This document shows, in pieces, positions 23,801 to 36,122 of a stretch of 64,000 nt of DNA; within the stretch, counting starts at the first letter, position 1; every line of letters begins with the position of its first letter. A model generated the notes under the pieces. The model ran no database searches and was not told the origin of the DNA. It saw only the letters and a list, made by a program, of their open reading frames with translations. Location of the stretch: the NCBI RefSeq assembly GCF_000143415.4, contig NW_003314333.1, forward strand, positions 310,001-374,000, read 5' to 3'. The translations under genes and the position numbers were made by a program. This DNA comes from Selaginella moellendorffii (taxonomy: Eukaryota; Plantae; Lycopodiophyta).

Positions 23801-26800
23801 ATAGACAAGCACAAACTAAATAACCACTCGAATCCAACTCAACCGCAATAAGCTCACTAATGCATTTAGTCAATAGCTCTGAGCATGCCTTGAAGAGGCT
23901 AGCTATGTGATCAACACTCAGTCGAAACTAAAGTGAAGACCATGAGATGGACTCATATCGGTACACAACCTCCTCATAGACAAAGCTATAGTACGGGTAC
24001 CAACATCTCAACCTCAAACAACTAAGTTGGACATCACCATCCTCAGCCAAGGCGCAGGGCCACCAAGACCAAGTCAAGATCAGTGAGAGCTCACTACTCT
24101 CATAGAGTCTAACGTAATGCAAGGTGCAAACTATCACCAAGCACAACGCTACAAAAGAAAGGCACAAGGGTCACCTTTCTTAGAAAAGCGCAACAGCCAC
24201 TTTTCTACACCAACTCTAGACTCTATCCAACTCAATTGCTTTAGCCCCAAAAGTTACCATCCCTTTCGGGCCGCATCATACAAACTACCTACTAAGATCT
24301 AAGCCAACCGAAGTCAACTCCAACCTCTTCACTAGTTTGTACTGGCTTTCGAAAATGGAATGGTTTTCGGACAAAATGATCAATAGATCAGCCATTGGAA
24401 AAGTCTAAGAAAATTTGTGGAAAATTTCCATCCTAGAGAAAGAATGACTCTCAGTCTAGGATTGCAAACTTTCAAGACTCAACCAACTTCATCCTACAAA
24501 CAACTTCACATAGGTTCACCTTAACACAGATTCTTATGACCCAATAGCATGCTTAAGCATCGAACATCTTTGCCCATTTTCCTGACATCCAACTCCGACA
24601 TCTGCAAAGTGCAAAATGAACATCCAAGGCTTGATCATGAAGACCACATCTTCGGATATCCACATTGCACTAACACTCTTCTTCAACCACCTTCAAGATC
24701 CAATGTGAAGCCAAAACACTAACAAGAAAAATGACATGGAAAAATCAAGGTCCAAGGAAAATTCCTCATCACTTGAAATAACAATGCCACTTCCACTAAC
24801 ACAAGTGCTAGTGACGTCAATGCCCCAACTCCACATCTTCTCCATCCAACAATCTACTCCAAGTGCTAACGGATCAACCGACAAGCTTATAGCAAATGAA
24901 TGCTACAACCCTTTTCTAACACCTTAGTGGGCAAACTTAAGGAAACAAGGTACCAACTTAAGCTTAGCATAATGGACTACCATTGAGAATCCAGTCAAAG
25001 CTACTACAATGTTACTTCGTGCAAGTAGACTAGCTTCTCCATCCACCACTTTGGGGGTTGATCATCATTTATCCAAGCAACTTCGTAAACACATTGCTCA
25101 TTATCACATGGATATGATATATAATCACAATGACTTGATCATCAATCGAGCAACACTACGAGCATCACCCATGTCACTACTACAAAGGTTTACGTAAATA
25201 TCAAGTGTCAACTCAATTCAATAAAATGTAACATAAATGCTACACTCCCCTGATAGAGGTTTACGACACCCAACACCACTAACTTTTGTTCACAACACGG
25301 ACAAGCTCATGCCACTCTCTCTTTCCGACCAAACTCAACACTAATCCAACACCAAGCTATTCAAGGAGCAATAGCAAGGTTTCCTGAAAAAGAATTGAGC
25401 ATTGCAACCCAAGTCTTCCAATAGCAAGCCTAGACAAAATGGTATAACGTTTCACCGCTATCCATCCCATGACTCACCACTTGTAAGACGATCATTTCCA
25501 ACATGCATCAAGGTAGGGACTCTTGATTGCATAATGTGAACACAAGCAATGAGTCACACCTCGTTGCAAATCATCTCTTCAAGAGGAGAAGATGATTTAC
25601 GTATTTGATCCTCCGTCCTCGATGACTCTCTTTTCGGTCTCATCTTTGACCAAACCTCAAGCTTGCTTTCGCACTGCCTTCAGTTCAATCCAAGAAAAGT
25701 TTATGAGAGAGCACGGCAATGATTACTTGAACCAATAGACTATTCCCTACAGTCTTGATTGATCCAATTATAATCATGCCTAGGAAGGATCCACTAGTGC
25801 CGTGCTAAACAGCTACGGACCAGCCTATTTGCCACTCATAGCAAACCCAGGGAAAATTTACTTTCACCCATGGTACATGGAACAACTCACAGAACCAACG
25901 ATAGGCTAACATTAATCCTGCCAACTCAAAGTGTAACCTCGAGTTGCTAATGTGCCTCACTCACGAGCTCAAGCTCAAACTCGTGCAAAATGGTACACCT
26001 CAAATCCATCCTATGAGCCCAAGAGCAAGCTCATATAATCTAGAACGAAAGGTAACCAAAACCTATCCCAAGGAACGATTGCGAAGTCTTTGCACCCAAA
26101 CGTGTACCCACTCGGATCATCGTTTTCATCTCTGCGTATGCAACAAGACTAGTTGCCCAATCTCATTGAATATTACTCGCTGAGACTCATTCTCTGATAC
26201 CAAATGTAGCGCACGTGGTTTTGACCCTTTATCCTATGGTGATTTACCATAGGATAACACCACGAAGCGGAACCTAAACCCTCTTTGTGCCACGTGACAG
26301 ATGCCATGTGTCACATACCACGTGTCCGTGCCACGTGTCCATAGGAACCCGAGGTTCAGGGCCTTGGGCCACTGAACGAAGGAACGGTGCCAAACTCCCA
26401 AGCGTGACGCCAAGGAGTGATGAAACCGGACCACGGAGCAACTCCCGAGCATATAGCCCAAGGAGCGAAGGGACAGGAGCCCGGAGCGACTTGGAACAGT
26501 CCTGGAGCAACCAGCATACCAATGCCAGGACCAGCACGCAAAACGGAGCCAAACGGAGTCTGGCGCTATTTCGGCATACCGGTGGCCTAACGTGAGGATA
26601 TGGGTACTCCACCAACTAGCATGGAATGGAACTTGGGCTTAGACCCAAGCCGGACGCAGAACAAGGACAGGCACGCAAGCGGGAGCTAGACTATGCCTCA
26701 GGTTGGTCGGCCATGCCCGACCTACCCACTATCCCTACTATACATTTGGAACCCCCCATAGCCCCCCCCCCTTGAGGAACACACGCTTTGGGCTTTCACC

Positions 26801-29800
26801 CCAAGCCTCCCTTAGTATCAGGAGTTAGTCTCTGGGACAAACTCGAAACTTACTAAATATGGAATGTCCCTAGATTGTGAATTTGCACACGGGACGAACA
26901 CCATTGTGTTCGGGCCGATCTCTACATTCTGTAGATGTGCCAAATGAGCGAATCTAAACACTTTCCATAAATAGCATTTGGGACCGAAATGAGACTAACA
27001 CAAAGGGCATGATAGCGAGGGTGTTTGGCAGACACGGTAAGCTATCATGTAGCGATATTGAGGGACTAATCTCAATACGCGAGGGTTCTTGTCACTAGCA
27101 AGTGCAAGACAAAACGAGACGGGAACTCCTTACCGGGCTAAGTATGCTTAGCTAATAACACGTAGGAATTCCGTCCTTATGTTCGTCCGGTCTAAGTACA
27201 CTCGAAATGCCCAGTTAACTCCACTAGCACAAGAGGGACTGATAAAGGGTCCAACAATACCGACCTCCTGCCATCGTGGCAATAAGGTAAGAGTGTCCGT
27301 AAGGACTGGCCGACAGGTAACTTTCGATACCCGAAGTCACATTCGCGACACCACTGTCAGTTTGAGCTTGGCTGGTGCTTGCCTGTTTTGCCTTTGAAGA
27401 AGTTTCTCCTGCAAGGAATGGCATGAGACCACACGCCATTGCAAATATAATTTGTACCTCCTTTTTTCCTATTGCTTGTCTGTTTGTCCTTCTTCGATGC
27501 GCCACCAGTGCGCTTTTCAGTCCTCGTGTCTGAATATTCACAACGATCTATAATCAAAATGGCGTGAGGCCTCACGTGACCTTACCTTGTGCAGGTTGTG
27601 AGCTCGGCCCAACATGGGTATCTTCAACAGTAGCTGTTAACGCCGTTTCAGCATCTGGGGGTGGCCACGCTCCTGCATACAGAGCTTGTGAGATAACATT
27701 TAAACTTAAAGTGTGTACTCACCAGGTTCGCAGAGAAGATACTGTTTTTCTTTGGCAACTGTAATTATATGCTCCATTGAAGTCACCTCTTCAATGGAGT
27801 TTGTCACCGCAACACACGGGACACCCTTGAGTAGTGCGGCTCGAAAGAATAGTCCGCCGCAGTTGTACTCGACAACGCATTTGCCCTTGGAGTCGGAAGC
27901 AGGTGACCCACCCGCTATTGCGTTGAAGACCCAGCTGAGCATTTCCCATGCTGCACCTAGAGCTTTCTTTGGATTCGAAAGCTCCATAGCCGTCTTCAGT
28001 TCCTCAGGCACGGGTAAATTGACCTCCCTCAGATCAATTCGATTGGCCTTGTCGAACGAAGCTGGGAAGTCACTCTAGTCCCACTCTGCTGCAGGACCAA
28101 TAACAAGGGCGAGTGTGAAGATGCGGACATTCGTCAGTATCTTCTTCTTAGCCATTATCCCATGGATCTCCCGCATCTCCTTGCCTTTCAACCGACCCTT
28201 CACCTCGTTCAAGGCCTTCCAGAACTTGTGATAGGATTCGGAGTTGTAGATCATATAGTGGACTGAAGATTCCACCTCCGCAAGTCCCACCATTAAGTCA
28301 ATGATGGAGCTGACTTCGTCTGCATGAGTGATCTCCTCGTTTGTGAAGTCCATCACACAAAAGATGTTCTTTACCTGCTCATCTCCGCGGGAAACGATGC
28401 TCCTCCACCTTTGATCCTCATCCGAATTCAAGTATACCCGGTAAGGTTCTCGATAGGCCTCTGCTACGGGGTCGAGCTGTTTCTGAAGCCGGCGGTCGAC
28501 ATCAATCTTAATGAAATTTGGATACTGATCCAACTTCTCAGCTTTACTTTTCATGGCATCCCGCAGCAGATCGATGAACTTGGGGGCCCCCTTCACGTAC
28601 TCGTCGATGTCTTCATTTGACAACTCCAGCGCTTCCATCATCTCTTGCGTGGTGTCGATGCTCACCCTCTCCACGGCCACTTGCTCCAAGATCCAATCCT
28701 TCAATAGCGCACGAGCTCTCAGAGTCGTGCACAAGTCCTCGTATGTCACAATATGGCCGGGAGTCATTTTGGTCTTGTTGAAGACTACCTCACCACGTAG
28801 AAGAGCATTAGCCACTGTCAGAAGGTCGTCGTCGTCTAGAGACCGCGAGAAACGCAAGGCGTTGAGCTTCAAATCATTGGGCTTCCGGCCGTCCTCCACA
28901 CCTATTGAGTTTGGCAACTCCCCGTCATGGTACCTCCTCAGCACATCTACCCATTTGTCAAAAACAACTTTTGTCGCGAGTAGAATGTTATGGATGCTGA
29001 GTGTGTCATTGACCCCCAGTGTTTTCGAGAGAAGACTCGAGAAATCCTGCAATGGAAATGGCGTGAGGCCACATGCTATGCCACATACAACGAGGCTTAC
29101 CTGCCAGGCGCTAGTTGCTAGTGCACGTCCTTGTCCTAGTTTTTGTGGCTTCTTCAGTTGAACCCAGAGCTTCTGTGTTCGTGCCAATGTCTCGTGCAGA
29201 CCCGATTTGTAGCACGTTTCTTGCTTGACATTCTGCGCGTGGGAGATGTATATGATAGATCGGAGGGGCGAGTTGCCTTTTATCAGGCGGACAACTCTTG
29301 TCTTGAAGACTTTCTTCACCTCCTCGCCCACCATAATATCCACAACTATCTCTTGCATCGCCAAGCTAGAATGCTGCCCGGAGACGGCATAGAACCGGAT
29401 GTTCTGATCGTCCAACACCTTCCTATTGATCAAGTCTGGAAACCTCGTCTCGCCCTTCATTGTTCGGTAGTAGGGGATCACGTCTGCGATGTTAGGTGTT
29501 ACTGGACTTGCCAGCATCTTCTGCTTCAGTTTCTCCACCCACTCATCAGATACTAGCCTGTGGTTGTATTTGCTTTGGATGTCGATACGGCTCATGTCAA
29601 TTGTATATACTTTGTTGGAATAGTAACAAGTACTATTATCTGCGACGATTTTTGCTGCCTCTTCTTGCTCTTTCTGCTCTTTGCGGCTCTTCTTTTTGGT
29701 GGGTGTAGTGTTCGAACCCGAGGCAATGGCATCACTGAGTAGCTTCTTTTTTGGAGCAGGAGAGTCGGACGTCGGCTTGAGCTTGACCACCCTTTTCTGC

Positions 29801-30279
29801 TTCGAGGTAGTTTCCAGATCGACCCCCTTCCCCTTTGCTTGGCAAACTGGAGTCACTCTCAACGGCTCAATGTTGGAATATAGTTTTTGAACATCGCCGT
29901 AGGTGAGGTCCGTGGATTCCATGTGATCTTCATAGACCCGCAGCGTCTTTGAAATTGTGGGCCTCCTGGACAACCTCTCCCTAGCTCCCTCTAGGAATTC
30001 CTCATAGCCGCTGCCCCCCTCCAGGAAGCCGCTAGGATGTGCAAGGTGGATCTTGAAGGCAGACGCTGTCTCTACCACAAGTGCCAGTCCATATTCTTGC
30101 ATGGAACTGCATGGAGTGTCTGTCACTTGGATGAGGATCCCCATGCATTCTTTTCTCCCACCATCTGTGTTGTACAACCTCAGATCCTCGCCTTCCATCC
30201 CGAAAGTCCAACTGGTGAGCTCCTCCCCCTTCTCTGCATCCACATTGACAGTGGCTGGAAGAAGAACGCAATTCCTCGC
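17891..30279 (-). pseudogene. Transposon cargo gene, ~1500 aa, ~10 exons: ParB-like, MTase-like fold, acidic/low-complexity linker, FCP1/NIF-type HAD; interrupted by a LARD and one in-frame stop
   Basis: Short GT-AG introns (approx. 29047-29100, 27673-27722, 27530-27585, 27409-27457, ~19907-19978, 19325-19381, ~19266-19308, ~19110-19156, 18478-18523) join the ORF fragments in one frame across the LARD TSD. Two acceptors were chosen to keep frame. TAG at 28075. Motifs: HRLVSDEWVEKLK...FYAVSGQHSSLAM; KCVVEYNCGGLFFRAALLKGVPCVAV; IVFDLNGVL...VWTSMM...ILIIDDSPIK. The 5' end is undefined. Confidence 0.7.
20071..27350 (-). mobile_element. Non-autonomous LTR element (LARD), copy A, very young
   Basis: 1146-bp LTRs (20071-21216, 26205-27350) with only 2 differences seen by eye. 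TSD CCACT. tRNA-iMet PBS TGGTATCAGAG at ~26192-26202. PPT next to 21217. The ~5-kb interior has no long ORF. Confidence 0.95.
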
Positions 30280-31749
30280 CTGTTCAAAAATGCACAACAA
30301 TTAGAGCTGACAGATGAAAAGCTAGTAGCTGGAAATAACGTGAGGCCACACGCCATTCACCACTGCATCAGATGTCTTGAGGCTGCATCCTAAGATGGCG
30401 TGAGGCTACACGCCATCTGTAACCGGACTGCACTCGAGAGCCCAATCGGTGCATGCCAATGTTGCTACTGAATGGCATGTGGCCTCATGCCATTTTCTAC
30501 TTAGCCTAAAAGACTTACCATTTGAAGCCGAATGGAGGTGTGACAACCGGACTCGCTGGCGAATGTGCACTGTGTGTGCAGCGGATCGTAGCAGCAAGGC
30601 TACTCTGCCACTTACAGTTGGAGAGTGGCGCTGAAATCTCCCAGGACGCCCAGTGGGCTGCGTGTGGGTGGCGGAGTGGGCGGCGGAGTTGGCGGCGAAG
30701 TTACAAACTGGGTGTGTCTTGAAGTGGACGCCAATACATACGAGCGCGATGCGAGCGCAAGTGTGATGCAAGTGCAAGTGGACGCCGATGCACACGAGAA
30801 ACCTGTAGAGAAGTGGGAGCGCGAGTGGGAGCGCGATGCGAGCGCGAGTACGAAGCAAAATGCAAAACCTAACCTCACACGCGCGAAATGTCACGACGGT
30901 TGGTAATCCCGCCACGTCATCATTCCTTGGGCTTGGGCGCCACCATTAATTTCTGGATCGGCGCGCGCATGCGTGAAATCCAAAAGAAATCCGCAACATC
31001 ATCATTCCTCGGACTGCATGCACGCGAAATCCAAAAGAAAGATCATGATTGGGATATCATTTAATACCCTCGCTATATTTATACCATGCATGATTGGATA
31101 TTCCAAAGCATCTTGTATTTCCAAAAATGCCAGATGTTCAGCTAAATAAATTGTCAGAGGATTTGATGTGACGTTCAAGCGTGTGGGCTCATGCAATTTT
31201 GATCCCAAAAAATGCACCAAAAAATGCTTGGCGTCATCTGGCATTATCTCTTGAATGGCGTGGGGCCGCATGCCATTTTCAGGAGCACATAGGAGTATAT
31301 TCCTAGAATATTCTGACACGCGCGAGATTGTTTTGAGTTTCCTGGAGATCCAACCGTTAGATCACAACTAGATTTTACAGAATGGTATACAATGTCCTTC
31401 TTGATGACCCTACAAAGAAGCATCTCGATCGGACACCACATGAGACCACACGAGCCTTACAATCTTTCAGGGGCATTTGCCATAGATCCGACCGTTATTT
31501 TGCTCCAAGATTCTACAGTTTGGTGTGCATTAACCTTTCCATCAACACTGCAAAGGGACATCACAATCAGATGCGGGATCACAAGAAACCAACTTCACTA
31601 ACTCTGGTTTCACCAAGATCTACGTAAGGAGTTATGAAATGAAAGGACCCTCTCTATTGAAATGTGTTTATGGTCCTAGGGGCATTGTGACATATCAAAG
31701 GATTTTGCATCAAGTTCTGTATTTGCATGTTTATCAAGCTACTGAATTG

Positions 31750-31782
31750 CTAAACCCTAAACCCTAAACCCTAACACTAAAC
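31750..31782. repeat. Short plant-telomere-type (CCCTAAA)n tract (telobox-like)
   Basis: CTAAACCCTAAACCCTAAACCCTAACACTAAAC. Confidence 0.75.
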
Positions 31783-33072
31783 ATGTGGCAAATGCTGCGT
31801 GAAGAAAGATGCCCTTTCTGGGCAAATGCTGTAAGAGGCAGATTCCGAGCAGATGTATCTCAGGCCAGCGAAGGGGACAAACGAAAGCTAGCTATAAACA
31901 TGATGCAAATAGATGCAAATAGATTACTAGGCTGGTCCTGCGAAAATCAAAAACCATAATTGAAAACATTGAAAATGCAAAAAGAAAGGTTTATAATATT
32001 TTTGAATTTTAAGCAACCAAATGAATGTAAGTAGGGCATGTGTTTGTAAGTTTAAAAATGCCTCAACCACTTAAATTCCCAAGTAAATAAAGCTGTTTCT
32101 ATTTTTGGTACAGGTAAACTTTATAGCGTGTGGGCTCATGCAATTTTGAACCCAAAAATGCACCAAAAAATGCTCGACTAGCATTATTCTTTGAATGGCG
32201 TGTGGCCTTATATTGCCATAAATGGACGTACACACACAGCATAATTATTCCTTTACACGGCGAATAATCTTGGCGCGGATCGCTGACATGGCATGGCAAA
32301 GTTCGAATCACTGACATGGCACAGCTGGATCGAGGCAAGGACATGATGTGACAAAGTTCAACCTCCGACAACAAAGTCTAGAAGCTACTCAGTTTGAAAT
32401 TTGTCAGAGGAATCATAAGATCTGGTTTGTCAGAGGATTTGATGTGATGTTCAAGCGTGTGTTATTTTTGAATTCTCGAACTCATTCCTAGGTCTATCAT
32501 TTTTGTGCGCCGTGTTCTTGGTTCCGCTGAGCGCAGTGAGCGCTGCTTATGTAAGCGGCGTTGTGAGCTGTGGTTTATGCGTCTACAAGCGGTTGCGGCA
32601 TTGCGAGCGCCATTGCGAGCGGCAGTTTATGCGAGTGGCAGTTTGTGCGAGCGGCGCTACGAGCAGTTGCGGTGTTGCGAGCGGCGCTACGAGTAGTTGC
32701 GGTGTTGCGAGCGGCACTGTCTTTGGTGTGGCTACCGCTTCCTCTTGATATTCGGCACTTGTGCTTCCTAGTATGTTCACCATGGAATGGTTTAGGACCA
32801 CATTTAGAAATGGCATGAGGCCACATGCCATCTTGGGCCCTTGCAATTTCATGGCTAGCGTATTGTCATGTATGTTTTTACTTGCCTGCAGCTGTGTGTA
32901 TATCAAGATGGCATGAGGGCTCATGCCAATTTTGTGAATGCGAAATTTCACGTGGGTGTCAATAGCATGTTTGAATAATGGCATGTGGCCTCATGCTATT
33001 TGGTATGTTATGATTTAGGCCATTCTCCAATCATTTTTTGTATGGTCTTAACTTCTTTTCTGCACTTTCAGA

Positions 33073-36000
33073 ATGGCCTTCAGGGTTGGGGAAAAGGTTT
33101 ACATTTTGAATGGTGGGAAGAGAGTTGTATGGATCGGAACTTTGTTATACACTGTCAAACGCTTGGGGAAGGCAATGCTGCTGTATCAGTAGAGACTGTC
33201 TTCGATGGGAATGTGGTCGCTATTGAACGAAGAGAGATGGTCGTCGGGGTAAATGTTGTTGTTGCCTTGAAAAATCTGTAGAAGAAAGCAGATGTTGGGG
33301 ATAGCGCAAGTGCGACACATGTTCCCTCCGTGGATCTTAAGAACCGTGCTACATGGATTCAGGCAAAGGTGTTTCTAAACAACCCCGAGGGGGAGGTGGT
33401 AGCTGAGGGCTTAGCCACAGTTGTCGATCCAAGAGATGCGGTTGCTAATCAAGAATTGGGCTGGGATGATATTGGAGTTGCGATTTTAGAGGTTGTTGAC
33501 ACAGAAGAAAACAGTCTGACTATTGGAAGCATTGTGCGGTGGAAATTGAGGCATTTAGTGTTTGAGAATGTGAAGGATTCACAATCAAACACCACTACAA
33601 CTGATGACAGAACATCTCTTCATGGGAAAAGAAAGTACACCTTCCTACAGCGCAGCCAAAGGGATCTGAGCAACGAACCGAAAAGGTAGAAAATGGTGAT
33701 GGAGGTTCGAATGGTCTCGACAGTTGCTTGTTGCAAGAGGAGGTGCTGTCAACATGCTGATTGGGATGCTATTGAAGAGGAGAGAGCAAGATACAAGACA
33801 TTGTCCTGGAAGGCAGCTCACAATTTTGTGTATGAGGCATTACGGTCATCTGTTGATGCTTCAGAACATCAGGTGGGGGGCATGGTCTTCCAGAGGGGTT
33901 TGGTCTGCATGAAGGCATGGAGAATCATTTATGGAGTCCCTCGAAGCACATTCTACAGAATCAAAACTGAGTTCGAGGAACAAAGGGTTCAACAGGCAGT
34001 CCATGGGAACAACGGTACGCACAAAACCAGGGGTCATGTTGTATATGGAGAGGCAATCTTCAAGAGGTTTGTTGAGACATGTAGCGAGCAGCAACCATAT
34101 AAAACCCGCCTCTTGGAAGATGGAACACAAGACACCCAACGAGTTCTCCCTTCCATGTATACCAAGGGGGCCATATTGGAAGATGTGAATCGGGAACTCC
34201 AGAGTAATGGCTACAGGCAGCTGAGCCAATCTAGATTTAGTAGATTGTGGAGCAACAGGTTCAGGGATGTGAGTATAGGAAAGTACTCCAGCTTTTCAAA
34301 GTGTGACGAGTGCACTGCTATCAAAATGGCTTTGTCGAAGAATTCTTGCAGCGCTCAAGAGTGAGAGACGTTGGTTAGAAGGCGGCTCGACCACAACATT
34401 GAGCAGAGAAGCTGCAGGACTGCATATTATCATAACAGGATTCTCTCCATGGAGAGACCTGACTCTTACCTCTGCATCATCCACGACAAAATGGACCAGA
34501 AAAAGACGTGCTTACCTCGACTCAATCCTGCCCCCAAGGCAATCTCTTCATCCATGCAGCTGCCTGTGTCTCTGTTTGGCATAATCGCTCATGGGCATGG
34601 TGCCCAGAACTATGGGAACTTCTTTGTACCTCTATGGGGTGGCGGGGGTGCAAACATGATGATTGCGTCCCTAGCAAAACACTTAAGGTCTCTGCAAAGT
34701 GCGCAGACTGAGCTGAACGGCCAACCCTTGCATAAGGCCCTTGTCGATCGAACCCCATACAGGGTTCAGCTGGAGGAGGAGCAAAGGCTTGCAGTATCGC
34801 GTGGGGCCCCATGCCATCCCAGTGAATATGTTGGCCGTCAGATTGTAGGGTTATCACGTGAGGCCTCATGCCATTCCGACGAGGCTGGTCGCCCGGTGAA
34901 TGCACAGCCTCATCCAAACGAAGCAGAATCTCAAGGAAGTTCTTGCGGCCGATGTGGCCTTCCACCCCATCTTCTGCTCCAAACAGACAATGCTGGCAGT
35001 GAGAACAAAAACATGTACGTCTTCGCGTACTTGGCGATGCTTGTTGCCAAAGGCATATTTGAAACGGTTACACTTGGCTTTCTCATGGTTGGGCACACTC
35101 ATGAAGACGTCGATGCCATGTTCAGTCACCTGGTAGAGTCCCTCCGGCGATCCAATGTCCTCACCCTCCCACAACTCTACGATGAATTCCAAAATTGCAT
35201 CAAAGGCACTGTTGAAGCTGCACTTGTGACAGAGGTTCCAGACTTTAAGGGGTTTGTAAGAGGCTACATCAGGGACGGATCCGAAACGCTGATTGGCCAC
35301 TCCAAGCCTCTTCAGTTTCATTTCAGCATGCGTGACGGTGCTCCAGTGATGAGGTACAAGATGAGAGAATGGGACACAGTGTGGCTGCCAGTGGATGGCA
35401 TTGAACTCTTCAAGAGAGATCCCATAACTGGGGAACCTATGATTCCTCAGGGTTCCCCATGGCCGATGCACCCGGATGGACTCAAAGACCAGGAAAGTAT
35501 AGTGGTCGGGATTAGACAGCATATTGCCTTCTGGAAGAGGGGGTTGGTGTTTGGTGGAGAATCCTATTTTAAGAGGTGCAAGCCTTTGCTCGAATACTGG
35601 GAGAAGATTATATCTGCTATCCAAAATGGGCCGGTTGTATATGAAGAATTGGAAGAGTCCTTTTGGCTAGAACCCAGAGCACCAGATAGTAGCGGAACAA
35701 TGTCCTCTGGAAATGCAGTGACAGATAACGATGTTGAGGATCACTATTGTGGGCCGAGGAACAAGAAGCCGGATTCAGCATTCAATCCAGTACAGGTCTG
35801 CAAAGGAATGGTCGTGCTTGTCAAACCCAGTAATAAAAAACAAATGATATGGGTGGGGCGCTGCATCACTGATGCAGAGGAGGACGCGGAAACTAACTCC
35901 TTCAATGTAACTGTGGAGTGGTTCAAGCCAAGTTCTGGATATACGAAGGATTGCCTAGAAAAGAGATGGGTGCTAAATCCAAGGGATCCTAGCATGAGCA

Positions 36001-36122
36001 TATCGGTGGATAATGTTGTGCATGGTTGGATGCGGAAGCAGAGTGCCACTATCACCTTGCCAGACCATGTAAGAGATGCAGCAAGAGCATTCATAACCCG
36101 GGTTCAAGGTGAGATTCATTAA
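33073..36122 (+). pseudogene. Sola-like transposase with premature stops and a frameshift
   Basis: ORFs 33330-33689, 33693-34364 and 34371-36122 share a frame and are separated by single stops. Motifs: SKCDECT, HDKMDQKK, LLLQTDNAGSENKN, FLMVGHTHEDVDAMFS. An upstream ATG at 33073 follows a splice acceptor and is then frameshifted. Confidence 0.88.
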
